From positions 96,001 through 160,000 of the forward strand of contig JBKBRF010000004.1 of the NCBI GenBank assembly GCA_046292385.1: 64,000 bases of DNA, written 5' to 3'. This document shows positions 19,182-31,160 of the stretch, piece after piece. Within the stretch, counting starts at the first letter, position 1. Each line of letters begins with the position of its first letter. The translations under genes were made by a program, and so were the position numbers. Under the pieces are notes generated by a model. The model saw only the letters and a list, made by a program, of their open reading frames with translations. It ran no database searches and had not been told where the DNA came from. This DNA is from Armatimonadota bacterium. GTDB taxonomy: Bacteria > Armatimonadota > SYMT01.

Positions 19182-19598
19182 CTATCCGGTTGCGACGCGG
19201 ATGCGGTTCTGGGCGCGGGCGAGGGTCTGCTCCGCTTGCTCGCGCGCTTCGTCGTCATACGAGGCGGTTGCCTCGCGGATCTCCTGGCGGGCGCGTTCGA
19301 TGGCGCGGCGGGCTCGCTCCAGGTCGATCTCCTCCGCGCGCTCGGCGGTGTCGGCCAGCACCGTCACCTGGTTGTTGAACACCTGGAGGAAGCCGCCGCC
19401 AATCGCCAGCCGTGCCTCGTGACCGCCGTCGCGGCGGAAGCGGAGCTCGCCCGGCTCCAGCTCCGAGAGGAACGGCGCGTGGTTCGGGAGGATCCCGAAC
19501 GAGCCGTTGATGCCCGGGGCGACCAGCGAGGTCGCCTCCTCGCTCAGGACCACGCGGTCCGGCGTGACGATATCGACGGTGAACGTTCTAGCGGCCAT
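19182..19598 (-). CDS. atpC: F1 ATP synthase epsilon subunit
   Basis: DIVTPDR, FGILPNHAP, GGFLQV, VTVLAD, ID..RA. Confidence 0.95.
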   Translation of the reverse strand: MAARTFTVDIVTPDRVVLSEEATSLVAPGINGSFGILPNHAPFLSELEPGELRFRRDGGHEARLAIGGGFLQVFNNQVTVLADTAERAEEIDLERARRAIERARQEIREATASYDDEAREQAEQTLARAQNRIRVATG

Positions 19599-19705
19599 TT
19601 GTCTTCGTTACGTTTCCAGGATCAGAGGAACGGCTTCTCATTCGGCTGGGAGAGGAGAGAGGAACGGCCGCGGCCGCTGCCCCTCTCCCTCCGTATCCGG
19701 AATGG

Positions 19706-21148
<1,443 letters not shown>

Positions 21149-21166
21149 TCAAGTAATTGACTTCTG

Positions 21167-22045
21167 TTACTTCTGTGCTTCCGCGCCGGAGACGATCTCG
21201 GCGATCTCGGTGGTAATCGCCGCCTGGCGGGCACGGTTCAGGGAGAGCGTCAGGGTGCTGATCATCTGCCCGGCGTTCTCCGTCGCCGCGGACATGCTGG
21301 TCATCCGGGCGCCGTGCTCGCTGGCGATCGCCTCCGCCACGGTCCGGAAGACCTGTGTATCCACGTAGCGCGGGAGCAGCCGGTTCAGCAGCACCTCGGC
21401 GGAGGGCTCGAAGATCACGTCGCCGCCGGCCGCCAGCACCGCCTCCACGTGCGCCTCCGCTTCTTCCGGAGGCGTCAGCGGCAGCAGCGGAAGGACCGTC
21501 GGCACCTGGGTCATGGCGCTCTGGAAGCGCTGGTAGACGACGTAGACCGAGTCGACTTCCCGGCTCTCGAACATCCGGCGCATCGTGCGCACCAGAGGCT
21601 GCACGTCCGCGAAGGAGAGGTCCGCGCCGGAGCCGAGCGGCTGGGCCTCGATCACCGGATAGGGCTGCCGGCGGAAGAACTGCTGGGCCTTGCGCCCCAG
21701 AAGCAGCATCTTCACCGTGTCGGGGTCGCGCGGACGCAGGAGCTGCATCGCGGCGCGGAACAGGTTGGTGTTGTAGCTGCCGCAGAGACCGCGGTCGGAG
21801 GAGATCACCAGCACCGCGGTGTTCTGCTCTTCCCGTACCTCCAGCAGCGGATGCTCCAGCGCGGCGCCCGCCGCGGAGAGACGGCGCATCATCTGCTCCA
21901 TCCGCTCCGCGTACGGCCGCGCGGCCTCAACCCGCCCCTGGGCGCGCTTGAGCCGGGCAGCCGCCACCAGCTTCATCGCGCGGGTGATCTTCTCGATGTT
22001 GCGAACAGTCCGGATCCGCGTCCGGAGCTCACGCATGCTCGCCAT
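21167..22045 (-). CDS. atpG: F1 ATP synthase gamma subunit
   Basis: KITRAMKLVAAAR, SSDRGLCG, SEHGARM, NRARQAAITTEIAEIVSGA. Confidence 0.97.
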   Translation of the reverse strand: MASMRELRTRIRTVRNIEKITRAMKLVAAARLKRAQGRVEAARPYAERMEQMMRRLSAAGAALEHPLLEVREEQNTAVLVISSDRGLCGSYNTNLFRAAMQLLRPRDPDTVKMLLLGRKAQQFFRRQPYPVIEAQPLGSGADLSFADVQPLVRTMRRMFESREVDSVYVVYQRFQSAMTQVPTVLPLLPLTPPEEAEAHVEAVLAAGGDVIFEPSAEVLLNRLLPRYVDTQVFRTVAEAIASEHGARMTSMSAATENAGQMISTLTLSLNRARQAAITTEIAEIVSGAEAQK

Positions 22046-22088
22046 AGTGTTTCCCTAGCCCCCGGGGCTCGTACCGACCGGCGCGCCC

Positions 22089-23606
<1,518 letters not shown>

Positions 23607-23767
23607 TTCTATGTCTCCGGTCAGTTCGTTTCAATCAGCACCGGCAAGTGCCGGAGGCGCAAGCCGGGAGCCAGAGCGGGCCCGGTCCAGATCACCGCTG
23701 CCGGGGAGCGCGAGCCCCGGCCGGTAAATACGCGGCGCCAGCGTGCGGCGCCCAGACAGACTTAACG

Positions 23768-24316
23768 TCAGGCGCCGCGGCCCGACAAGAGCCGCTGGTG
23801 CAGACGGCGCAGGCGGCTGCGGACGCTGCCGTCGATGATCGTGTCGCCCATCCGGATCCACATCCCGCCCATGATCTTCGGCTCGATCTGAACCTGCAGG
23901 CGGATGCTCTTCCCGGTGCGACGTCCAAGCGCCCCGGCGAGCGCCTCGCGCTCTTCGTCGGTGAGCGGCACCGCGGCGGTCACTTCGACCGGCAGCACGT
24001 TCCGCCACTCGTTGGCGAGTCGAACGAACTCCGGGAAGATGTGGCCCACGAGACCCTCCCGCCGCCGGTCCAGCAGCAGGTTGAGGAACCGGAGGGTGAG
24101 CGGACTCACCCGAGGGCCGAACGCCGTCTCCAGCAGCGCCTTCTTCCGCGCCGTCGAGAGGGTGGGGGCGCCGAGCGCCCGCGTGAGCCGCGGGACGGCG
24201 CGCAGGACCTGGTCTACCGCCTTCAGGTCTTCCTCTACCTGATCAACGGTGCCTTCCCGGCGCGCGGTATCGAACAGCGCGCGGGCGTATCGACGGACGG
24301 CGGCGAGCTCTGCCAT
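23768..24316 (-). CDS. atpH: ATP synthase delta subunit
   Basis: RRYARALF, VTAAVPL, IMGG...IDGSVRSRL. Expected operon position. Confidence 0.95.
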   Translation of the reverse strand: MAELAAVRRYARALFDTARREGTVDQVEEDLKAVDQVLRAVPRLTRALGAPTLSTARKKALLETAFGPRVSPLTLRFLNLLLDRRREGLVGHIFPEFVRLANEWRNVLPVEVTAAVPLTDEEREALAGALGRRTGKSIRLQVQIEPKIMGGMWIRMGDTIIDGSVRSRLRRLHQRLLSGRGA

Positions 24317-24372
24317 GGGGAAAACTTAATGTGTCAGCGTGTCCGCGGTGAGCGGACCGGCCGCGCGCGGGA

Positions 24373-24861
24373 TCAAGCCCGCGCGCCGACCTCGTTGATG
24401 AAATCGCCGATCAGCTCACGATGCACGGCGGGGTTGATCTCCCGCTCCAGCACCTTGGATGCCGCCAGCACCGCGAGGTCCGCCATTTCGGAGCGGATCT
24501 CCACGATCGCCTTCTTGCGCTCCTGCTCGATGTCGGCCAGGGCGCGGTCGCGCTGAACGGCTGCCTCTTCCTTCGCCTTACCCACGATCGCCGCGGCCTC
24601 TTCCTGGGCCTGGCGCACCGCTCCAGCGATATGCTCCCGCGCTTCCGCCTCGATGTTGGCGAGCCGCTGCTCGTAGTCGGCGCGGGTCTGCTCCATCGCG
24701 CGGCGGTCCGCCGCGACCTGGTCCAGAGTGCTCTCGATCTCTCGCTGGCGGGTCTCGATCACCGACCCGATCGGGCCAAAGGCGAACTTGCCGAGGATGA
24801 GAACGAGAAGGATGAAAGCGATTGCCTGGGTGAGGACGGCAATCGGATTGATGTCGAGCAT
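24373..24861 (-). CDS. atpF: Fo ATP synthase subunit b
   Basis: N-terminal TM helix, P...IETRQREI, long coiled coil. Expected operon position. Confidence 0.93.
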   Translation of the reverse strand: MLDINPIAVLTQAIAFILLVLILGKFAFGPIGSVIETRQREIESTLDQVAADRRAMEQTRADYEQRLANIEAEAREHIAGAVRQAQEEAAAIVGKAKEEAAVQRDRALADIEQERKKAIVEIRSEMADLAVLAASKVLEREINPAVHRELIGDFINEVGARA

Positions 24862-24883
24862 GGCGCCCTATCTCCGGGGTGGC

Positions 24884-24910
24884 CGGGGGAGGCGAGAGCC
24901 GCCTCCCCCG
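24884..24910. other. Intercistronic hairpin after atpE (possible mRNA stabiliser)
   Basis: CGGGGGAGGCG-AGAGC-CGCCTCCCCCG 11-bp stem with no U-tract. Confidence 0.45.
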
Positions 24911-24929
24911 TTGCGATTAACGCGCCGAC

Positions 24930-25208
24930 TTACTGGCCCGGCTGGATCAGCGGCAGGATCTGGTCCGGGCGGGGCAGGCCGATCACGAAGAGGATGATGA
25001 GCGCCACGAGCAGCGCGTAGATCGCCAGCGACTCGATGAGCGCCAGGGCGATAATCATCACCATCTGGATGCGGCCGGCCGCTTCCGGCTGGCGGGCAAT
25101 CCCTTCGAGGGCGGCGGCGCCGACGCGGCCCTGGGCCAGCGCGGACGAGATCACCGCGATCGGAACGCACAGGCCGGCGGCCAGCGCAAGCATAGCAAGG
25201 TAAAGCAT
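24930..25208 (-). CDS. atpE: Fo ATP synthase subunit c
   Basis: Two hydrophobic helices joined by ARQPE, with ESLAIY carboxylate motif. Confidence 0.96.
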   Translation of the reverse strand: MLYLAMLALAAGLCVPIAVISSALAQGRVGAAALEGIARQPEAAGRIQMVMIIALALIESLAIYALLVALIILFVIGLPRPDQILPLIQPGQ

Positions 25209-25254
25209 CGTTCGTTCTCCTCGTTTAGAGTAAGGTCACAAAAGGACGCCGAGA

Positions 25255-26724
25255 TCAGACCGCGGGCGCCGGCGCGGCGTGGTCGGACACATGTCCATGG
25301 TCGTCGCCATGGTGCGCGTGCTCGCCGTGATGCTCGTCGTGGTCTCCGTGCGCCGTCATCAGCGCGATGTAGACGGAGGCCAGGATGCTGAACACCAGGG
25401 CCTGCACGGTGCAGGTAAAGAGTGCCAGGAAGTACATCGGGAGCTGGAACGGGACCAGTCCCTGCGTGAAGTGGGCCGCGAGATACATCAGGATCACGAG
25501 GACCACGTCTTCGCCGAAGATGTTTCCGAAGAGACGGATCGTGAGGGACAGGATCTTCGCCAGCTCTCCCACGATATGGATCGGCACGTTGAGCGGCCCC
25601 AGCCACCAGGGATCGCCGACGAAGTGCATGAAGTAGCCCTTCACGCCGTTCACCCGGATCCCTTCGATGTGGCTGTAGACCACCACCACCACCGCCAGTC
25701 CGGCGGTGACATTGATGTTGGAGGTCGGACTCATCCAGCCGGGGATCAGCCCCGCCAGGTTCATCACCCAGATGTAGATGAACCCGGTTCCGATCAGCGG
25801 CACGTACTTCTTGTAGTTCTCGCCGATCAGGCCGTGAACGAAGCCGTCAAACCCGCTGTAGATCATCTCCAGGACCGTCTGCTTGCGATCCGGGATCCGG
25901 CGCAGGTTCCGCGTGAGCAGCACCGCCACCAGGAAGATCGTAAGCGCCGTCAGGAGCGAGATCACCAGCCCTTCCGGGAACATGCTCTCGAAGGCGAAGC
26001 TGACGGTGGGGTTGAGGAGCACCACCGGCCGGCCGTCGATCGTCAGCTCCTCCGTGGTAACGCCCACCGCGGAGGTCCGGTTCCCGACTTCGCCGATGGT
26101 GGGGTTCACCGCCACGCGCGGGGCCGGCTTGATATTGACGTGGTGCGGGCTGTACGTGTAGGGGACCGTCTTCCCTTTGAGCTCCGTCGCCGGGATCGGC
26201 TGACCGGTTGCGGCGTCGAGGGCGCCGTCCGCCTTCAGCGTTGCCGGACCGCTCCACCAGAACCACTGCAGCACGCGGTAGAGCCAGGTCGGGTTGTGGA
26301 TGCTGACCTGCTTGTCGTGCTCCTCCCCATGCTCGCCGCCGTGCGCGTCCCCGTGCTCGCCGCCACCGGCTTCACCGTGGCCGTCGGTCGCGGTACCGTG
26401 GCCCGGCTCGCTGGGGGTCTGCTCGCCGACCGCATGCTCGCCGCCCTGGGGGCCGTGCGAGCCGCCGGGGCCCGGTTCCTGCGCGCCGAGGTGCGTCTCC
26501 TCCGCGCGGGAGGCCTCCGGCGTGCGCTGGTTCGGGAGCGCGGTGCTGCCGTGCGCGTCGTTGGCCGGCGGAGGGGGCGGGGGCGCCGACTCGTGCTGCG
26601 CGCCGACCGGCAGGAGCGTCCAGGCGCACAGGGCCAGCGCGGAGGCGGTCAACAGGATCCGTCGCGCAGGTTTAACTGCCCGCTTTCCGGTTCTATATTG
26701 GTTCTGGTTTCCGAAGAGCTTCAT
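25255..26724 (-). CDS. atpB: Fo ATP synthase subunit a with long N-terminal extension
   Basis: C-terminal ~240 aa: PDRKQTVLEM, NLAGLIPG, PTSNIN, LSLTIRLFGNI, VQALVF. Start taken at ATG 26724 because the 26820 start overlaps the upstream gene. Confidence 0.9.
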   Translation of the reverse strand: MKLFGNQNQYRTGKRAVKPARRILLTASALALCAWTLLPVGAQHESAPPPPPPANDAHGSTALPNQRTPEASRAEETHLGAQEPGPGGSHGPQGGEHAVGEQTPSEPGHGTATDGHGEAGGGEHGDAHGGEHGEEHDKQVSIHNPTWLYRVLQWFWWSGPATLKADGALDAATGQPIPATELKGKTVPYTYSPHHVNIKPAPRVAVNPTIGEVGNRTSAVGVTTEELTIDGRPVVLLNPTVSFAFESMFPEGLVISLLTALTIFLVAVLLTRNLRRIPDRKQTVLEMIYSGFDGFVHGLIGENYKKYVPLIGTGFIYIWVMNLAGLIPGWMSPTSNINVTAGLAVVVVVYSHIEGIRVNGVKGYFMHFVGDPWWLGPLNVPIHIVGELAKILSLTIRLFGNIFGEDVVLVILMYLAAHFTQGLVPFQLPMYFLALFTCTVQALVFSILASVYIALMTAHGDHDEHHGEHAHHGDDHGHVSDHAAPAPAV

Positions 26725-26770
26725 CGGTTGGTTGCCGGTCTTCCAGGGGGCTCGTACCCCGCCAGTTATA

Positions 26771-27220
26771 TCACCGGTAGCGCTCGCTGATCCTGTCCTG
26801 ATGGGCCATGGCGGTGGCAATCACCATCACCAGCATGGTGCCGTGGACCACCAGCGTTCCGACCACCAGCGCAAAGATGTTCAGGAGGCCACGATCCGCG
26901 CTCCAGGCGACCAGCCCCAGCGCTGCGAGGATGAACGGCAGCTTCAACATCCCGGCCAGCGCCAGCTTCAAGCCGGCACCGCGGCCGCCGTTGAACAACA
27001 GCTTTACCGTTGCCTCGCACGTCCAGAGGCTGAACAGCCCGATCGCGGCGCCGGCGAGCAGTCCCACGGCCACGGTCTTCTGCTCGAAGCCGAGGAACAT
27101 GAGGGCCGCTACCACGCTGATCTGTGTCGCTCTCCAGTACACCTTGCCTACGAACCTCCGATCGAGACCCTGCTTCCAGAAGTCCCAATCTTGCGTATCC
27201 TGCGGAATGCCCGCCTCCAT
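26771..27220 (-). CDS. atpI: ATP synthase I-like membrane protein
   Basis: Four hydrophobic segments, directly upstream of atpB. Confidence 0.7.
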   Translation of the reverse strand: MEAGIPQDTQDWDFWKQGLDRRFVGKVYWRATQISVVAALMFLGFEQKTVAVGLLAGAAIGLFSLWTCEATVKLLFNGGRGAGLKLALAGMLKLPFILAALGLVAWSADRGLLNIFALVVGTLVVHGTMLVMVIATAMAHQDRISERYR

Positions 27221-27266
27221 CGCTGCTTACTTCTCCACTTGATTCGTCCCCAAGCGGCCCCCGCGA

Positions 27267-27554
27267 CTACTCGTCGGGCTCTTCCCCCCGGGATTCTGCT
27301 TCAATTCGTTCCTGTTCTCGCGTCGCGCGGATCACGCTTTGAATGAGCTGCTTGAAGCCCGCAATGATCCCGAGTAGCGTGCCGACGATGACCAGGAATC
27401 TGGTGCCCAGCTTCTGATCCAGCCACCAGCCGCCAAAGACTCCGATCGCGATCGAGATGGCCAGCGTCAGTCCGACGGTCGCCACCTGCGCGGCAAGCCG
27501 TACGGAGCGGAGGTCGGTGCGGGGTCCGTGCGGATCCCGCGGCCGCTGGCTCAT
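27267..27554 (-). CDS. AtpZ/AtpI family protein
   Basis: G...GWWLDQKLGT...GTLLGIIAGF pattern, at the head of the atp genes. Confidence 0.85.
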   Translation of the reverse strand: MSQRPRDPHGPRTDLRSVRLAAQVATVGLTLAISIAIGVFGGWWLDQKLGTRFLVIVGTLLGIIAGFKQLIQSVIRATREQERIEAESRGEEPDE

Positions 27555-29308
27555 TGCTCCAACTCAAAGGTCCGGTGGAGCGCCCGAGCCGCCGCCGGCG
27601 CCTCTTCCATCCGCACTAGGCAGGAAACCGACTCCGGCGAGTCCGCCATCTGGAACATCCCGATTCCGGCCTGCTGCAGCGACTCGCCGATGCGGAGGAG
27701 GAACCCGGCCTCTTCCCACATGCTCACCGCCACCAGCGAGACGAGCTCACAATTCTCGACCGACTCGAAGCTCACGCCGAACTCGCGGAGGATCTCCTCG
27801 ACGCGACGGGCGGCGGACTGGTCGACGATAAAGCTCGACGTCCTGGGGCCGATACTGTTGAAGTAGAAGTTGATCTCGGCTTCGCCGATGGCCCGGTAGA
27901 CGCGGTACTCGATCTCCGCGCGCTGGCCGTCGTCCCGGAGCTGCAGCGTAAAGTAGACCAGCCGGGAGAGGGTCGCCACGCCGGTCACCGCGCGCTTGGT
28001 GGGGGGCTCGATCTCCGCGAGCGGCGCCACCAGCGTTCCCGGCGAGCGGACGAAGCTCGACTTCACCCAGAGCGGAATCTGGTACCGCATCGCGATCTCT
28101 GCGGCGCGGGGATGCAGCACCTTCGCCCCGAGGTGCGCCATGTTGCACACCTCTTCGTAGGTCACCATCGAGAGTGTGTGCGCGTCCGGTACCACCTCCG
28201 GGTCGGCGGTCATCACGCCGTCCACGTGGGTGTAAATCTCCACCTTCTCCGCGCCGAGGGCGGCGGCGAGCGCGGAGGCGGTGGTATCGCTGCCCCCGCG
28301 GCCCAGCGTGGTGATCGCGCCCTGCTCCGTCACGCCCTGGAAGCCGGCCACCACCACCACGTCGACTCCTTCTTCCAGAAGGAGCTTGCGGATGTAGGTG
28401 GGATCGATGTCGAGGATCTGCGCGTCGCCGTAGCGGTAGTCGGTCAGGATGCCGGCCTGTCCGCCGGTGAGCGCCACCGCCTGGATGCCGATCGCCTTCA
28501 GCGTCTGCGCCATGATGACGGTGGAGATGATCTCTCCGCACGCCATCAGCATGTCCCGCTCCCGCGGGGCGGGCTCCGTCCCCGCGTCGACCTGGCTCAG
28601 GTGGGAGAGGAGCGTATCGGTGGCGTACGGCTCGCCCATCCGGCCGATGGCGGAGACCACCACCACCGGCAGGTAGCCTTCCTCGATCGCCTCGTGCACT
28701 CGCTCGGCGGCGAGACGCCGCGCGTCCGCCGTGCCGACCGACCTCCCACCGAACTTCTGCACCACGATCCGCGGCCGCTCCGGCGCGACCTGGAACTCCG
28801 CGCGGAGCCGGGCGACCGCCTCTTCCGCGCGGTGGGATTCCACCAGGCAGAAGACGGTGTCCGGAGCGTCGCCGGTCTGCAGGATCGGGATCTGCGCCTC
28901 CAGCAGCGCCCCGGCGATACGCGCCATCACGCCTGGGATGCCGCGCATCCCGCCGGCTTTCACGGAGACCATCGCGACGGAAGGCGTGACCGTGCTCTCG
29001 AAGCCGGCCGCAGCCAGGACTCGCTCCGCGGCGGTCGCCTCGTCGGCATCGACCACGAACGAGAGGCCGAGCGTGTTCAGCTTGACCAGGTTGATGCTGA
29101 TGCCCGCTTCCGTCAGGGTGCGGTAGACCTGCAGCTCCTGCGCCAGCCGGTCCGCGTGTGCCCGAGGGGCGGGGGTGGGGAGGGAGACCGCAACGAAGGC
29201 GTAGACGCCTTGCGCAGAAACAGAGGTGACTCCACGCTCTTTCTCAAACGGGGCGCCGCTTCCGGTAGCGGGGGGAAGCAGGCCAAGCGTCTGCTGTCGC
29301 GGGTTCAC
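27551..29308 (-). CDS. Aspartate kinase (DapG/AK-I-like) with an extra N-terminal ACT-ACT module
   Basis: IVVQKFGG, VVVVSAIGR..PYATD, VAGFQG, TTLGRGGSDT, GVMTADP, GAKVLHPRA. Start taken at GTG 29308 after GGAG; the ORF track extends to 29422. Confidence 0.85.
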   Translation of the reverse strand: MNPRQQTLGLLPPATGSGAPFEKERGVTSVSAQGVYAFVAVSLPTPAPRAHADRLAQELQVYRTLTEAGISINLVKLNTLGLSFVVDADEATAAERVLAAAGFESTVTPSVAMVSVKAGGMRGIPGVMARIAGALLEAQIPILQTGDAPDTVFCLVESHRAEEAVARLRAEFQVAPERPRIVVQKFGGRSVGTADARRLAAERVHEAIEEGYLPVVVVSAIGRMGEPYATDTLLSHLSQVDAGTEPAPRERDMLMACGEIISTVIMAQTLKAIGIQAVALTGGQAGILTDYRYGDAQILDIDPTYIRKLLLEEGVDVVVVAGFQGVTEQGAITTLGRGGSDTTASALAAALGAEKVEIYTHVDGVMTADPEVVPDAHTLSMVTYEEVCNMAHLGAKVLHPRAAEIAMRYQIPLWVKSSFVRSPGTLVAPLAEIEPPTKRAVTGVATLSRLVYFTLQLRDDGQRAEIEYRVYRAIGEAEINFYFNSIGPRTSSFIVDQSAARRVEEILREFGVSFESVENCELVSLVAVSMWEEAGFLLRIGESLQQAGIGMFQMADSPESVSCLVRMEEAPAAARALHRTFELEQ

Positions 29309-29522
29309 CAAAACTGCTCCGAGGACTGCGGGTGCCGGCCAGGATCTGTTTGAGATACCGGTATTTCCAGTCCGCTCGGAGTGTATCACGGCGCCTGAAC
29401 CCTGCCAAGCACCTTTTTTCACAAGCGAGGCGACTGAGGCAGCAGCAGACGGACCGACAGGTGAATTCCGGACCTCGGGTGATGGAGCGCCACGGGAGGG
29501 CTGCTCCGGTTTGGCTTGGGGG

Positions 29523-29617
29523 GAGAAAGAGAATGAGAACGAGAATGAGTAGGAGCTAGGCCGCCTGGCTGCCCATCGCCCTATCTCCAGCTCATCCCCT
29601 TCTCTCCTTACTTACAC
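29523..29617. repeat. Dispersed intergenic repeat, copy 1
   Basis: Shares GAGAACGAG, CCGCCTGGC, TATCTCCA.CTCATCCCC and CTTACAC in the same order with 34412-34502. Confidence 0.6.
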
Positions 29618-29623
29618 CTGCGC

Positions 29624-30271
29624 CTACGCAGCGCTCTCCTGCAGCTGCGCCCAGGAGACTTCTCCGCGGGCGGTTTCCAGGTCGAGCTCGGAATCGGGGC
29701 CGAGACGCGCTTCCAGCTCATCGATGCCGGCGGCGCAGATCGCTTCATACCAGCCGTCGAAGTGGCGGCGCGCGGCGGCGACCAGCGCCGACGCATACTC
29801 GGACGCGTCGGTGACGCGGAGGCTGCTGCCTTCGGACTGGAGACGGCGGAGCTCCTCCAGCACCTCGTCCGCGCTCCACCGGCGGTGGCGGCGGATCTCT
29901 TCGTAGTCGAGGCCGGCCGCTTCGATGGTGCGCTGCCAGCTCCCGAAGCGGTTCGACCGCACGGCGGCGGCGGCGAGCGCCGGGTCGAGCTCGGTGGAGA
30001 CGTGCCGCCAGGAGAGGTCCTCCCCGGCTGCGTGGTACTCCCGCAGCTTGTTCAGGATTCGGTCGCGGGTCCAGACCTTGTAGAGGCGGATCTCCTCGTA
30101 GTCGAGCCCGGCATACTCCACCGCCGCTCGCCACGAGCCGAAGTGCCGGGTCGCGGCGCGCAGGAGGCGGAGGTTCCGCTTCTGCATCTCTCCATAACTG
30201 AGCGGCTCCTGCGCGGCGTGGCTGCGCAGGATCTCGACGGCGATCTCTTCCTTCGACCAGCGGGCGACCAT
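29624..30271 (-). CDS. Protein of three helical repeats resembling the homing-endonuclease-associated repeat
   Basis: Three ~60-aa units W(S/T)x(E/D)x(I/V)...A..(H)FGSW..A...AGLD. Confidence 0.75.
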   Translation of the reverse strand: MVARWSKEEIAVEILRSHAAQEPLSYGEMQKRNLRLLRAATRHFGSWRAAVEYAGLDYEEIRLYKVWTRDRILNKLREYHAAGEDLSWRHVSTELDPALAAAAVRSNRFGSWQRTIEAAGLDYEEIRRHRRWSADEVLEELRRLQSEGSSLRVTDASEYASALVAAARRHFDGWYEAICAAGIDELEARLGPDSELDLETARGEVSWAQLQESAA

Positions 30272-30559
30272 GAGCGTCCTCGTATCACAACTCGACTGCC
30301 GCGCTCACGACGGGCAGCGCCGAATTATAGGAAGGCCGAACGGCGCGCGTAAACGGCCTGTGCGGTTGCGAATGCTGGGCGGTTCTGTGACGCACGGGGA
30401 GCCGCCGCAGGGTGTGACCCGGAGCACGCCACCCCGCGGATATACTTGTTACAGCCTATCCCGTTAGGGAGAGGGAGCTGCGGGCGGTTGCGGTCCTACG
30501 GGGGCCGGAGCCGGCGAGCTGCTGAATCGGCGTAGGCGAAGTTGCTCAGGAGAACAGGT

Positions 30560-31078
30560 GTGCCCCACTTCATAGCCGGCATCTATCGAGACCGCGGACT
30601 GGCCGACCGGGTGGTGACCTCGCTGCTCGACGCGGGAGTGCCGAGCGGTGACATCTCGATCGTCTTCCGCGAAGAGGCGGAGGAGGACGTGACCGAGCGG
30701 GACGAGCTGCTGCAGGAAGGCAACCCGTTCGCCGACCTGGCGGTCCATTCCGGATGGGAGCGCCTCGGCTGGCAGGGGGGCGCCCGCCCGCCGTATCGGG
30801 ACAAGATCGCGCCGAAGATCGACTTCGCCCTGATTGCCGCCGGGCCGGTGGCGATCGCGATCGGCGGGGCGCAGCTCGGCGCCTGCTCCGGCGGGGTGGT
30901 GGGGGCGATGGACAACTTCGGCTTCCCGCTCGACCTGGCGCGGAGCTGGCGGGAGCGCGTGGTCGGTGGCGGCGCCTGGGTGATGGCGCGGGTGCAGGCC
31001 GACGATGCCGGCCGGGTGAAGGGGCTGATGGAAAAGCACGGCTGGGAGATGCCGGCCGAGTCGATCCGGCACTGGTAG
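30560..31078 (+). CDS. General-stress-protein (YflT/17M)-like protein
   Basis: GTG after AGGAGA. A..V..L..AGV....ISIV N-terminus, Gly-rich hydrophobic middle, V..GG..V C-terminus. Confidence 0.7.
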   Translation: MPHFIAGIYRDRGLADRVVTSLLDAGVPSGDISIVFREEAEEDVTERDELLQEGNPFADLAVHSGWERLGWQGGARPPYRDKIAPKIDFALIAAGPVAIAIGGAQLGACSGGVVGAMDNFGFPLDLARSWRERVVGGGAWVMARVQADDAGRVKGLMEKHGWEMPAESIRHW

Positions 31079-31105
31079 CCGACAGCTTTTGAAGTGGAAT
31101 CGCGA

Positions 31106-31135
31106 GAAAGGCGGGCCCGGCTGGGCCCGCCTTTC
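31106..31135. terminator. Bidirectional terminator-like hairpin
   Basis: GAAAGGCGGGCCC-GGCT-GGGCCCGCCTTTC between convergent genes. Confidence 0.65.
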
Positions 31136-31160
31136 CACGTTTATCGCGATGTGTGCTCGG

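Noticed and set aside
29309..29520. Lysine riboswitch or T-box upstream of the aspartokinase
   Set aside because: No recognisable consensus elements found by eye. A covariance-model search would be needed to exclude it.
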